IMG/VR virus record: IMGVR_UViG_3300045988_118310
Coordinates: 1-64,000 of that record
Strand: one strand, 5' to 3'
Length of the DNA stretch: 64,000 nt
Source: a virus
Part shown: positions 18,367-28,749 of the stretch, in pieces
Position numbering within the stretch: position 1 is the stretch's first letter
Layout: every line of letters starts with the position of its first letter
Made by a program: the position numbers and the translations under genes
The notes under the pieces: model-generated
What the model was told of the DNA's origin: nothing
The model's input: the letters and a program-made list of their open reading frames with translations, nothing else
Databases searched by the model: none

Positions 18367-21300
18367 TCAATGCTTTTCTGAAAATTCTTTCCGTAAAAAT
18401 TCCTTCAAGAACGTCCGCTTGTATGGCACCCTCGAAGTCTTTACAGCCCGATCAAGAGCATGAGTTTCGGCGCAAATCACACAATACTTCTTGGCACGAG
18501 TAATGGCCGTATAGAGCCATTCTCTCGTCAGCATCAGGTATGCAGAGTTGTCCATACCAACAATCACATACGGAGCCTCACTGCCCTGTAGTTTATGACA
18601 ACTTAAAGCATAAGCAAGTTCAAGCGTTGCCCAGATGTTATTCCCACCAAAGTAATGCGGAATGAAGATCGTTCCCCATTGGTCAAAATCAACCAGAATA
18701 AAACTAGTCTCAATCTTTCGGATAATGCCACGGTTTCCGTTGAACACCGGACACTTCTCTTCCTTTTTCTTTGTCTTGAGATTGTATGTGTGAAGTTCAT
18801 AATTGTTCTTGTTGATAATGACTTGATCGCCCTCACGCAGAGTATACACTCTATCCTTGCCATCACCATAGATTGTGACCTTTGCTTCTGCTTGACCACG
18901 ACTCGGATTCACAATTTCCTGAATAGCATTATTGACTTCATAAGTACAGATACTACCACGCAGCTTCTGTGGAAGTACAATCTGAATCTTCGCACTATCA
19001 TTCCCTACCTTATTATATAAGGTACGGTACTGATTGATGATGTGATTGAATGACTCACTTGCATCTTTATAGATATCAAGCTCCAAATCACGAAGTTCAC
19101 CACGAATCTCACTACCAGCCCAGCCATAAGGCACCAATTGCGTAGCATTGCGAACCTTGATGCTCTCCGTGATAATTGCAGACTTAGCTGCCTGACGATG
19201 GATCTTAGTCAACCGAGCCACAGGAACAACCTTAGATGCAAGCATATCCTTGAAAATGTTACACATACCGATGCTCTCAAGCTGTCCGTCATCACCAATC
19301 ATGATGAATCGCTTTCCGGTCTCGATTGCCTGAATCAAGTCATAGAACAACTGAGCTCCAACCATAGATGTCTCATCCAGAATGATAATATCTTCTTCAA
19401 GAGGATTGTCCTTGTTATGAATGAAACCACCATTCTCAATATCATAACCAAGAAGACGATGAATGGTCTTCCCGTCCTGACCAGTAATCTCCTGCATACG
19501 AGCTGCGGCACGTCCAGAGAGTGCAGTCTGAGCGAAAGACTTACCGTGAAGGACCTTTAGAACACCAGCGACAACGGTACTTTTACCGGTGTTGCCTGTG
19601 ACACAAATTCTTCCATTATATCTTATCAGAAACATATGAGACGGAACCGTAAAACAATACTTATATCCATCGCTTGAACGAACAATATCAATATCGCTTT
19701 TACTGCCTTTTGTCATAAGAGAAACTTTTCCATTCGAGTGTTGCACAATATGAACATTATACTCTGTGACCATTCTACCGTGCCGTTCAATATTTGATTC
19801 ATGTACAACAGAACGATAACCACAAGAAGAAAATGCGAACTGAACAAAATCTGCCGTTTCTTTAATCAGTGTACTAAAATCTTTCCGTCTCCCCTCTTTT
19901 ACGTGACCGTCCCAATTTAGAATCTCATCGCAAATCACCTCTAGCTGATGATGATTACAGCTATACCAATACGAAGTAAATCTTTTTTCTTTTCTTGGAG
20001 CATAAAAGACAAAGTTCGAATATTCCAAGTCTTTTGGATTCCACTGATGCTCATCAAAGTATCTACCACTTTCCAAAAGAAGTCTTCTCATGCGAAGTTT
20101 CTTTCGCTCTTTTTTTACGTTTACTCTACACCAAGCTGATTTATGATCCTTCAAAAACGACCCATCGCAAATAACAGCACACATTAGTCTAATATCAGCA
20201 TCGCTCAAATCGATTCCTGGACCATCATAATTGAACGTTGTTATAAAATGTCCGTTAAACCCAGACTTTCGTTTAACATTTCTTTGATACAACTCCCACA
20301 TTGGGATTTTAGCTAAATTGTTTTTGCTGGTCAAGTAAACAACATTATGCTCTGCACTCAATAGTTGATTGATACTGCCCGACTTGTTTTTCATGTGATA
20401 TAGATATTCACATTTAAATTTTACATATTTCTCAGGCTCAACAAGCGTTGTAGTCCCATTTTCATTATATTGAAGAACTTTGTCGCCCTTAACATAATCT
20501 TTTATTTTTTTCCATTGGATACCATTAAAGAACTCCATCTCTGCATCAAGGCATCCGCCGTAACCTGTTAAGATACAGACGTTGCTAGAGCATACCTTTT
20601 TAATAGCATCTCTCTGCTCTTCAGTGTACTCGATACCAAGTTCATCCTCGGCCTCATTGATTGCTGCATCCATATTTCGACCAATCGGCTCAACAGGAAC
20701 ATCCGCCAGACGCTTGATTTCCTTCGCAATACTATCTTCCAGATTCCACACTCTAGTTAAAGCAAATTCCTGACGGTCATCGCTCCACCAAAGCGTTTCA
20801 CGAGCATCATGCAAATGGAAAAGTGCCCTTTTGATGACTTCTTGGTCACCCTCATTCAAATCAAGTTCCTTAATACAGCTATTGATTGTCTGGTTTGCCG
20901 AGATGATAGAGTTGCCTTCTTCGGCACGGCCAGCAAGAAAGTGCATGACGTAAGCTTCAATTCTAAATTGCGAATTGTGTTTCAACCCCATATTCAGAGC
21001 TAGAGCGTCAGCCTTCTTCCAGCCGATGCCATACACATCGTCAATCAGGACGTAAGGATTCTCTTCAATCTTTCTCACCAGAGTGTCTGCACCATGATAT
21101 TGACGGACAAGCTTTTCAATAGCACTAGGGGTCAGACCGTACTCAATTAGCTTTGTGTACGCATCACTGTTATCAATGTTGTTTTCATAAGTATCAATGA
21201 TCTTTTGAGCTCTGCCTTCCGTAATACCACTAACAGTGCAAAGCGACTTGATATCACCATTCTTGATAATCTCATACGGATTTTCGAATGCTTCATAAAG

Positions 21301-21660
21301 TATCTCAAACTGATGGTCGGTCAGGATATAATGGAGAAAGCTTTTCTGTTCTTCCGGGTCAGTAATCTCTTGAAACTCATTCATATAAATGATTTTATAC
21401 TGGTCACCAAACTTTTCATGATGAACATACTCACCACAGAACGAATAAGTTTTATTCATATCGAGGCTAGGAACGTTGCCCTTTAACCGGAGGTCACTGT
21501 ATCGACTCATAACAGGATTTCCCTGCTTGACTTTTACCACCTCGGCAGAGAAAGTGGCGAAGCCGCCGGGCTCCACCTCCCTCCCATCTTTCGGATAAAA
21601 GACTCGTTTTATCCTGATGTAGCAACGGATCATATTTTCATTGAATTTTTTATCTGCCAC
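18367..21660 (-). CDS. RecD-like SF1B DNA helicase interrupted by an intein
   Basis: helicase motifs ILDETSMV, HKLQGSE, LYTAITRAK; Walker A split as LTGYGG|C...N|TGKST. Confidence 0.8.
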   Translation of the reverse strand: MADKKFNENMIRCYIRIKRVFYPKDGREVEPGGFATFSAEVVKVKQGNPVMSRYSDLRLKGNVPSLDMNKTYSFCGEYVHHEKFGDQYKIIYMNEFQEITDPEEQKSFLHYILTDHQFEILYEAFENPYEIIKNGDIKSLCTVSGITEGRAQKIIDTYENNIDNSDAYTKLIEYGLTPSAIEKLVRQYHGADTLVRKIEENPYVLIDDVYGIGWKKADALALNMGLKHNSQFRIEAYVMHFLAGRAEEGNSIISANQTINSCIKELDLNEGDQEVIKRALFHLHDARETLWWSDDRQEFALTRVWNLEDSIAKEIKRLADVPVEPIGRNMDAAINEAEDELGIEYTEEQRDAIKKVCSSNVCILTGYGGCLDAEMEFFNGIQWKKIKDYVKGDKVLQYNENGTTTLVEPEKYVKFKCEYLYHMKNKSGSINQLLSAEHNVVYLTSKNNLAKIPMWELYQRNVKRKSGFNGHFITTFNYDGPGIDLSDADIRLMCAVICDGSFLKDHKSAWCRVNVKKERKKLRMRRLLLESGRYFDEHQWNPKDLEYSNFVFYAPRKEKRFTSYWYSCNHHQLEVICDEILNWDGHVKEGRRKDFSTLIKETADFVQFAFSSCGYRSVVHESNIERHGRMVTEYNVHIVQHSNGKVSLMTKGSKSDIDIVRSSDGYKYCFTVPSHMFLIRYNGRICVTGNTGKSTVVAGVLKVLHGKSFAQTALSGRAAARMQEITGQDGKTIHRLLGYDIENGGFIHNKDNPLEEDIIILDETSMVGAQLFYDLIQAIETGKRFIMIGDDGQLESIGMCNIFKDMLASKVVPVARLTKIHRQAAKSAIITESIKVRNATQLVPYGWAGSEIRGELRDLELDIYKDASESFNHIINQYRTLYNKVGNDSAKIQIVLPQKLRGSICTYEVNNAIQEIVNPSRGQAEAKVTIYGDGKDRVYTLREGDQVIINKNNYELHTYNLKTKKKEEKCPVFNGNRGIIRKIETSFILVDFDQWGTIFIPHYFGGNNIWATLELAYALSCHKLQGSEAPYVIVGMDNSAYLMLTREWLYTAITRAKKYCVICAETHALDRAVKTSRVPYKRTFLKEFLRKEFSEKH
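19591..20553 (-). other. intein (~321 aa) with LAGLIDADG-type homing-endonuclease motifs inside the helicase P-loop
   Basis: starts with Cys after GYGG, contains SAEH (block B-like) and LMCAVICDGSF / FVQFAFSSCGY, ends ...VTGN followed by T; excision restores GYGGTGKST. Confidence 0.6.
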
Positions 21661-21672
21661 TTTATAACCCTC

Positions 21673-24600
21673 TTACGCTATCTCTCTATCATGCAGCCAC
21701 TGCTTATAAGGCTTCATCTTCTCAACAATGTACGAATTTTCTTTTCTCTTGCAAAGGATTGCAAGATCGTTACCCTTTGAAATCAGACTTGAATATCGTG
21801 CATACTGAGATGCCCAACAAATCATTTCGACAATACCACCTGTCGTGTAAACATGTAAGTACGCAAACTGGTTGCCACGTTTATCCTTCTTTTTTTGGAT
21901 ATCTACGATGACACAAATAGCAGTTGCCTTACCGCCATCCTCTACAGTATCAAGACCAGCATCAATATAGGTGCAAGCATCCTTAATGGGATTGCTAGTC
22001 AAAAACATTGAAAGAGTTTCAAATTCCCACATGTGCTCGTCTTGCATATACTTTTCAGCAAACGCCTGCATAAATGCATTCCGCTTTTTGTCTTTTTCTT
22101 TCTTTCGATTCCATGTGCCCGCTTCCCAGCGCTCCCTTCTTACCTTATTATATAAGGCAAGTCTGGTTGGTTTGTCTTTAACAGAGTCCGTATCAATGCC
22201 GTATTCGTCTTTAAGAATGGAAATCTTAGGGAGAGACGCCATCTCATGGAATCCTTTCTCTTTATACTCATTCTCAAAAACCATATTTGCAAAAGTGATT
22301 AAGATTTTTTTCTTATCCTTTGTCGGGATAGCGCCAGCCTTAATCAACTTGACAACATTTGAGGTTCCAATCTTACCACCGTTTGCTCTCTGAACAAAGT
22401 CTGCCAGTCCAGAATATGGACGGTCTGCAATCACTCCTGAAGCGACACTCTCACCCATTCCCTTAATGGCTTTCAAACCAAACAGGATTGTGTGCTTTTC
22501 CGCATCAGCCTTAAATTCCATATCAGACTTGTTGACACTTGGAGGAAGGACACGAATATGTAGACGGTCGCATTCGTTGATAAACACACCCATTTTGCCA
22601 GAATCGTCTTCCTTGGTAATCATACACGCAGCCATGAAATACTCAGTATAATGAGTTTTCAGGTAAGCCGTCAGGTAAGAAAGAAGTCCATACGCAACTG
22701 CGTGGCCTCTATTAAAGGAATAAGAAGCCTGCTTCAAGATTAGTGCCCACATCTCAGAAATCTGGTAATCATTCCATCCTTTCTTGTGAAGACCATCTCG
22801 GAACTGAACTTCCAAGGATGCCATAACATCTTTCTTTTTCTTGCCGATAGCACGACGAGCATTGTCAACCTCAGTTTCAGGGAATCCTGCATAGCGGAAT
22901 ACCGCTAGTGCCTGTTCCTGATAAAGAAGAATGTATTGCGTCTTAGCAAAAAGCTGTTTGATGTCAGGATGGAGTAGTTTGATAGTCTCTGGATGAAGTT
23001 TATTGGAGCAATACGTCGGGAAGCTGTCCTTAGTACCAGGACGATTCGCTGCGTTCACAACAATGATATCCTCAGCATTATCGCACTTTGCTTCAACACA
23101 CATCTTTCGTGCTTCTGCAGATTCCATCTGGAAAATGCCAATTGTGTTGCCCGACTTGTAGACGGTATCATAGACAGCCTTATCACTTAGATCAAGATGG
23201 TTGATATCGACATCTTCCCATGTTAATCCAGCCATCTTTAACGTATCGTCAATAATGTCCAGATTCTCAAGACCAAGGAAGTCCATCTTGACCAGCGACA
23301 AATCATCCATGGCATTGTGCATCTCAAGTTGGCACATCTGATTGCCTTCTCTGTCCATACAAAGAGGACAATATTCAATGACAGGCTTGGGCGTAATCAA
23401 TGTACCGGCAGCATGGCGACCCATACTCTTAGGCAGACCCTCAAGACGCATAACGTATTTGAACCATAGAGGAAACTTGTCATATACATTAGAAAGCTGT
23501 TCACTCTTTCCGAGGATATCCTTTAGTAGAACTTCCTTTTCAACTTCTTCGCCAAGATCATCCAGCGTTTTTACAGTCGGAATTAACTTGGCGACCTCAT
23601 TACGTAATTCATACGGAATCTGCATATAATACGGGCTTTCTGGGTCTTCGTTCAGAACTTTGCCAATATCTTTGATGGCAACTTTTGTAGACAAAGAGTT
23701 AAACGTAGCGATAGGAGCAACATTTTCTTTGCCGAAAAGTTCTTCTGCAATAGCAATAAGTTCCTTTCGACGACGTTTAGAGACATCGAAGTCGAAGTCG
23801 GCCAGGCTCTTTCTACCTTTGTTTGCAAAGCGAGAGAAGTCAAGATCCCAACGAACAGAGTCAATCTGAGTAACATTCTCCATAAAAAGGCAAAGACAAT
23901 TTGCGCCAGAACCACGAGAGTACCCACGAGGAATTTTGCGTTCATCAGCCTTTTTGCAAAGCATATACAGCATAATGAAATAGTCAATATAATCAACATA
24001 CTTCAAAACATCCAGTTCCATCTCAATACGATTCCGCCGGGTTTGCTGTTCCACTTCACTCATCCACCCGAATTTTTTATTAAAAGTGGCATATACAAGG
24101 TGCCGAAGATAATCAAAATGAGAATCAAATTTTCCCTCAATTTTCACTTCTGGCATCTGGTTCGGCTGTCCAAGACCGATATCGATATCATCAATCATGT
24201 CTGCGATTTTCACAGACATCTCACAGCCTTTTTTGATAAAGTCCTCATCAAACTGCTTTGATAGCGTTCTCAAAACATCGTTTTCAGTCTGAAGATAGCA
24301 GTCAACGTAGCTTTCACCAACTTCTCGGCCTTCTCCAATCTCAACAAAGACAGAGTGTGCATCAATATCTTCTTTAGAAAGCATGTGAGCATCGGTCGTA
24401 ATGGTATACGGCAAGTCGTATTTCCTAATAAACGCCGCAATTTTTGCATTGGCCTCAGCTTGATCTGGCGTATCATGTGACTGTACTTCCATAAACACGT
24501 CATCAAAGATCCATTCCAGTTTGTTCCATAACTGCCATGCTTCAGTCTCGTTGCCATCAACAAGTAATCTACTCATTCGACCAACTTGACAGGCTGTAAG

Positions 24601-25017
24601 ACAGATGATACCTTTACCCCACTCGTTCTGTTCAATAATGTTCAAAGAAGTTCGAGGCTTTTTATACATACCATCAACGCAAGCATTTGAAACAATCTTA
24701 AATAGATTTTTTAAACCGGTCTCGTTCTTTGCTAGTAAAACAAGATGGTAACGAGGTTGTTTATAGTCTTTTGTATCGGCTTTCTCTGCCTGATTATCTA
24801 CTTCATAGACTTCACAGCCGATGATAGGCTTAATACCTGCTTCCTTGCAAGCCTTAACTTGGTCAACAAAAGAGTGCATTTTTCCGTGGTCTGTAACCGC
24901 GATTGCTTTCTGGCCATTTTCTTTGGCAAAGTTTACAAGTTCCTTGACGGTAAGAATAGAGTCAAGTAACGAACCCTGCGCTGTATGTACATGAAGATTT
25001 ACAAAATTATCTGACAT
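21673..25017 (-). CDS. dnaE: DNA polymerase III alpha subunit (DnaE-type)
   Basis: 1114 aa; N-terminal PHP domain (NLHVHT...), Pol IIIalpha core. Confidence 0.8.
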   Translation of the reverse strand: MSDNFVNLHVHTAQGSLLDSILTVKELVNFAKENGQKAIAVTDHGKMHSFVDQVKACKEAGIKPIIGCEVYEVDNQAEKADTKDYKQPRYHLVLLAKNETGLKNLFKIVSNACVDGMYKKPRTSLNIIEQNEWGKGIICLTACQVGRMSRLLVDGNETEAWQLWNKLEWIFDDVFMEVQSHDTPDQAEANAKIAAFIRKYDLPYTITTDAHMLSKEDIDAHSVFVEIGEGREVGESYVDCYLQTENDVLRTLSKQFDEDFIKKGCEMSVKIADMIDDIDIGLGQPNQMPEVKIEGKFDSHFDYLRHLVYATFNKKFGWMSEVEQQTRRNRIEMELDVLKYVDYIDYFIMLYMLCKKADERKIPRGYSRGSGANCLCLFMENVTQIDSVRWDLDFSRFANKGRKSLADFDFDVSKRRRKELIAIAEELFGKENVAPIATFNSLSTKVAIKDIGKVLNEDPESPYYMQIPYELRNEVAKLIPTVKTLDDLGEEVEKEVLLKDILGKSEQLSNVYDKFPLWFKYVMRLEGLPKSMGRHAAGTLITPKPVIEYCPLCMDREGNQMCQLEMHNAMDDLSLVKMDFLGLENLDIIDDTLKMAGLTWEDVDINHLDLSDKAVYDTVYKSGNTIGIFQMESAEARKMCVEAKCDNAEDIIVVNAANRPGTKDSFPTYCSNKLHPETIKLLHPDIKQLFAKTQYILLYQEQALAVFRYAGFPETEVDNARRAIGKKKKDVMASLEVQFRDGLHKKGWNDYQISEMWALILKQASYSFNRGHAVAYGLLSYLTAYLKTHYTEYFMAACMITKEDDSGKMGVFINECDRLHIRVLPPSVNKSDMEFKADAEKHTILFGLKAIKGMGESVASGVIADRPYSGLADFVQRANGGKIGTSNVVKLIKAGAIPTKDKKKILITFANMVFENEYKEKGFHEMASLPKISILKDEYGIDTDSVKDKPTRLALYNKVRRERWEAGTWNRKKEKDKKRNAFMQAFAEKYMQDEHMWEFETLSMFLTSNPIKDACTYIDAGLDTVEDGGKATAICVIVDIQKKKDKRGNQFAYLHVYTTGGIVEMICWASQYARYSSLISKGNDLAILCKRKENSYIVEKMKPYKQWLHDREIA

Positions 25018-25034
25018 CTATTCTCCTTCCACCA

Positions 25035-25244
25035 TTAAAACTGATTACGTTCCTTCAGGCGCTTAATCCAACGCTTGCGCTTTTCATCGGCAGTAATATT
25101 TGCGTGTTCAAAAAAAAAATCATAAATACGGTCATCGTCGTCATCAAACAACGCATATAGGCAATTGAGTACATCGCCATATTCTTCATTCAAATCAGCC
25201 CACGCTTCACGAATACTTACTGGTGTAGGGTTCTTTTCTATCAC
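25035..25244 (-). CDS. hypothetical acidic protein
   Basis: 69 aa, GTG start, contains an A10/T10 homopolymer (25110-25119). Confidence 0.3.
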   Translation of the reverse strand: MIEKNPTPVSIREAWADLNEEYGDVLNCLYALFDDDDDRIYDFFFEHANITADEKRKRWIKRLKERNQF

Positions 25245-25360
25245 GAGCCCGGCGAAGCTTTAATGCCGCCTTTGCAACTTCAGAAGCCTCTTCTGACAAC
25301 TGCGCTAAAATTTCATTCTCGTCGATATAATCAAGGACTCGCAGACCTTTATTTCTATCT

Positions 25361-26122
25361 TTAACCATCACTCTTCACCTTGTCTCCAAACTTAATAATG
25401 TCATCAAAAAGCATCACATAGTCATCAGTGTATTTATTTCCATGGAAGTGACCAAAATACCAGAACGGTTTACAATCGTTAGGATAACATTCGTATATAT
25501 CATCAAAGAATATTTCAGTTGACTGGTCTACTGTGCTTTGATCAATACCACCGATAAACAATTCAGTTGGAATGAACCGGAATGGACAGGTATGCGTGAG
25601 CATAACATCAATATCATCGATTTGAGGGTCATGTGTAATATTCCAGATCTTTTTCTTAGTCTTTTCACTCGGCTGTTCATTCGGCCACCAGTTCCATCCA
25701 CGTTCCAACCGATAATATTTATCTACGGAATAAGCTCCGCCGCAAACAAGACAGTTCAGAATTTCCCTATCAGCAAGAATCTGGTAAACTTCGCCATCAA
25801 TAGCAAAATACTGATTGGGATAATGTGGGTCATGCCACACTTTTCCGCAAATATCTCCACTGATTTCCTTTGTCTTATAGCCATCCTTACGAGACGGGCG
25901 GCGTTCGTGATTTCCATGAATGCAGAATAAATTCGCAGGGATGTCCGCAGCAATGGTCTTAATGCTCCATTCACGAGAATCATCCTTGCCGTAGTAATTC
26001 AAACCAACATCGCCAAGGCAGATAATCCAATCATTCTTTCCAAGATTGTGTCTAATGCAAAACTTATTTAGCTTTAAGAGACGATTAAAGTCGCCGTGAA
26101 TATCGCCTGTAATATAAACCAT
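25361..26122 (-). CDS. calcineurin-like metallophosphoesterase
   Basis: GDIHGD, GDVGLNYYG, HGNHE motifs. Confidence 0.65.
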   Translation of the reverse strand: MVYITGDIHGDFNRLLKLNKFCIRHNLGKNDWIICLGDVGLNYYGKDDSREWSIKTIAADIPANLFCIHGNHERRPSRKDGYKTKEISGDICGKVWHDPHYPNQYFAIDGEVYQILADREILNCLVCGGAYSVDKYYRLERGWNWWPNEQPSEKTKKKIWNITHDPQIDDIDVMLTHTCPFRFIPTELFIGGIDQSTVDQSTEIFFDDIYECYPNDCKPFWYFGHFHGNKYTDDYVMLFDDIIKFGDKVKSDG

Positions 26123-26131
26123 ATACTCACC

Positions 26132-26380
26132 TCACTCAAAATCTTCTTTATCAATCACATAAGTTCGTGGATAAAACCTATCGTTTCTATCACCGAAAAT
26201 ATCAACAAAGTAGACTTTAACAACCTCAAACTTACGATTACACTCTTTGCTTTTTAGCATTTTAACTGCATCTCTTGCATTTTCAGCGTAGATTTCTCTG
26301 TGTAAGTTGTGATATTTCTTGAGCGTATAATTATATGTACGGTAATCAATTTTGTAATATCTATATCGTCGTTTTTCCAT
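26132..26380 (-). CDS. hypothetical protein
   Basis: packed ORF. Confidence 0.3.
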   Translation of the reverse strand: MEKRRYRYYKIDYRTYNYTLKKYHNLHREIYAENARDAVKMLKSKECNRKFEVVKVYFVDIFGDRNDRFYPRTYVIDKEDFE

Positions 26381-26383
26381 TTT

Positions 26384-26689
26384 TCATTCAAAATCAAGAA
26401 CAATCATATCTCCCATACCTTCATAGAAAACATGATCCATCTTAAATTTCTCACTAACCGATCCGTGGTCAGTTTCGATACAAATCTCCCAATCTGGATG
26501 CTGCTCTGCAAATTTATCAAGAATATGAGTCAATTCATCCGGTTCAATAATATGAGCACCATCATTTAAAATCTGATTAAATGCTGTACCTTCCCGAAGT
26601 GGTTCTAAATCTGCAATAGTATGTGCAAGTGATTGATGTGCTTTGTCAAGCAAATTTAATGGCAAATCGTAATTACCAACTTTATTCAT
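26384..26689 (-). CDS. hypothetical protein
   Basis: packed ORF, internal start. Confidence 0.3.
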   Translation of the reverse strand: MNKVGNYDLPLNLLDKAHQSLAHTIADLEPLREGTAFNQILNDGAHIIEPDELTHILDKFAEQHPDWEICIETDHGSVSEKFKMDHVFYEGMGDMIVLDFE

Positions 26690-27023
26690 TGTCAACCAAC
26701 TCTCCATTCTTTATTTTTACAGCCTTATCGTCCCAATATTCATCAGCCCCAACCTTTCTAGGAGCAGTGCCAAAATGCTCTTTCCACTCAGGAAGACTCT
26801 CATTGATGGCATCAAACTGAATACCCCAATCAAAGCAAGCCTCCATTGCATCATACAAAAGCTTTCCTTCCCGACAAGTCCAGAGAATCAGACCAGCACC
26901 GTGCTTCTGTTCCTGAATTGCTTGATAAATGACATTCCAGTTTGGTTCACCGATATCAGGATAATTATTCTCACAGAGAGTGCCATCAAAGTCGATGGCG
27001 ATAGCACGTTTCCAATTTCCCAT
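26682..27023 (-). CDS. small HAD-superfamily phosphatase
   Basis: DFDGTL motif I. Confidence 0.5.
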   Translation of the reverse strand: MGNWKRAIAIDFDGTLCENNYPDIGEPNWNVIYQAIQEQKHGAGLILWTCREGKLLYDAMEACFDWGIQFDAINESLPEWKEHFGTAPRKVGADEYWDDKAVKIKNGELVDNE

Positions 27024-27024
27024 A

Positions 27025-28749
27025 TCAAATCACCTCAAAATCAACAATCTGCGCCTGCGGAGTAACTTTGTTTCCGTACTGATTTAAAGACAACCGGCAT
27101 ACAGCATTGATGTATTTTTCTTCCTGATCACCATAGAAGTCATTATTGATCCAGCCAATCATCCGGCCATTATCTGCAAAGCACACAAAATCAATGCCTT
27201 TTTCTTCATCAGAATACTTCCACATATTGCCGTTCTTGCCCATCGGAGCACATCCACTATGAATCAGCGGAATATTTTTAATGTAGAAATATGGCTCTGA
27301 GATTCCCTGTGCCCAGATTTTATGCATTTCATACATGGTCTTCGGCAATGCAACAGTCAGCCTACTATAGTCAAAATCAAAGTCAACCACGATTGCTTTG
27401 CTCATCGTGACATCTTTAAGCAGCTCATTACAATCCGCAATCGCCTTTGGCACGTTTTCTTTCTTGATTTTCACACCAGCAGCATTATCATGACCAAGAA
27501 CTGACTCAAAATCTCCGGTACTCATCAGGAACTCCTTTAAACTTTCAATCGGAGAGCCGTCAGGATTTCTCATTGAACCACCGTAATAGTCCGGTTCATC
27601 AGCAAAAGTACGAAGCAATACGCACGGTTTTGCATACATTTCGGCCAGCTTGATTGCCACAACACCAGTCAGAGTGTTATCAAGAATGCCAGTGGAGTTG
27701 CAGAAGAGAATCTTATTCTGGTCTGCACCATGCTTTTCAATCAGTTCCTGCAACTCTGCAACAGCCTTATCCTTAGTTTTGTTTTGCTGATATTTACAAG
27801 ACGAACACTCACGAGCCACATGCTGTGCCAGAGTCTCGTCAATCGTGACACCGGCATTCTTGCCACGAGTCGGAGTGTACTGGAACGTCTGTTCCTCACC
27901 GACCATCGCACGGAACATCCGCTTCTTTTGCTCGGATGAGCCAACACGAATCAGTGCGTTCATCATCGGAACGATGTAGAACTGAATATCATTGATAGTC
28001 GGGTCACCCTTGATGTTGAAACTATTCGCCTCAACCAGAGCACAAATCATCGGATTTACAATTCGTGCAAGACCTTTTGTGCAAAGGCGCTTTGTCTCAT
28101 GCGAGTGCATATCCATAACGTCACCGATATTTCCGACTGCCACTAAATCAAGATACCTGTCTGCAACATCAGTCCAATTATCTTCATCAACGGCTTGAAG
28201 GAACTTATATACCACGCCAGCACCAGACAGTTCCTTGTTAGGATATGTACCATTCTGGTTATTAACGATTACTGCGTAAGGATTCTCTCTGTCGCAGATG
28301 TGATGGTCAAGAATCAGAATATCGATGCCCTTATCACGAAGTTCCTTGCACTGCTCAACATCGTTACTACCAGCATCAGGGATAATCAGCAAGGTAGTTT
28401 CAGGTGGAACCTCAATTTCTTTAGAGAGTCCATGTTCCTTGCCACTATGATGCAGAACATTGATTTTTCCAAAATAACCAATCGCTTTCAAATACTGAAA
28501 CATCATCGAAGCACTTGTAAAACCGTCCACATCACAGTCTACAAGGATAGAGATGATAGATTTTTTCCAAAGGTGTTTATTCAACATCATGACAGCATAC
28601 TCGATATTGTCCAATTCCCACGGAGAATTCAAGCAAGAATCATCCAGATTCATGTAGGTCTTATAATCCTTGACCCCTCTGTTCTCCATAATCGTTCCAA
28701 TCGGGTCTGATAGGTCGTTCCTACTCCCCTTCCAGAGTTTTACATTCAT
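27025..28749 (-). CDS. RecJ-like DHH-family ssDNA exonuclease
   Basis: DHH motifs (ILILDHHICD) and DHHA1 (GHDNAAG). Confidence 0.7.
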   Translation of the reverse strand: MNVKLWKGSRNDLSDPIGTIMENRGVKDYKTYMNLDDSCLNSPWELDNIEYAVMMLNKHLWKKSIISILVDCDVDGFTSASMMFQYLKAIGYFGKINVLHHSGKEHGLSKEIEVPPETTLLIIPDAGSNDVEQCKELRDKGIDILILDHHICDRENPYAVIVNNQNGTYPNKELSGAGVVYKFLQAVDEDNWTDVADRYLDLVAVGNIGDVMDMHSHETKRLCTKGLARIVNPMICALVEANSFNIKGDPTINDIQFYIVPMMNALIRVGSSEQKKRMFRAMVGEEQTFQYTPTRGKNAGVTIDETLAQHVARECSSCKYQQNKTKDKAVAELQELIEKHGADQNKILFCNSTGILDNTLTGVVAIKLAEMYAKPCVLLRTFADEPDYYGGSMRNPDGSPIESLKEFLMSTGDFESVLGHDNAAGVKIKKENVPKAIADCNELLKDVTMSKAIVVDFDFDYSRLTVALPKTMYEMHKIWAQGISEPYFYIKNIPLIHSGCAPMGKNGNMWKYSDEEKGIDFVCFADNGRMIGWINNDFYGDQEEKYINAVCRLSLNQYGNKVTPQAQIVDFEVI

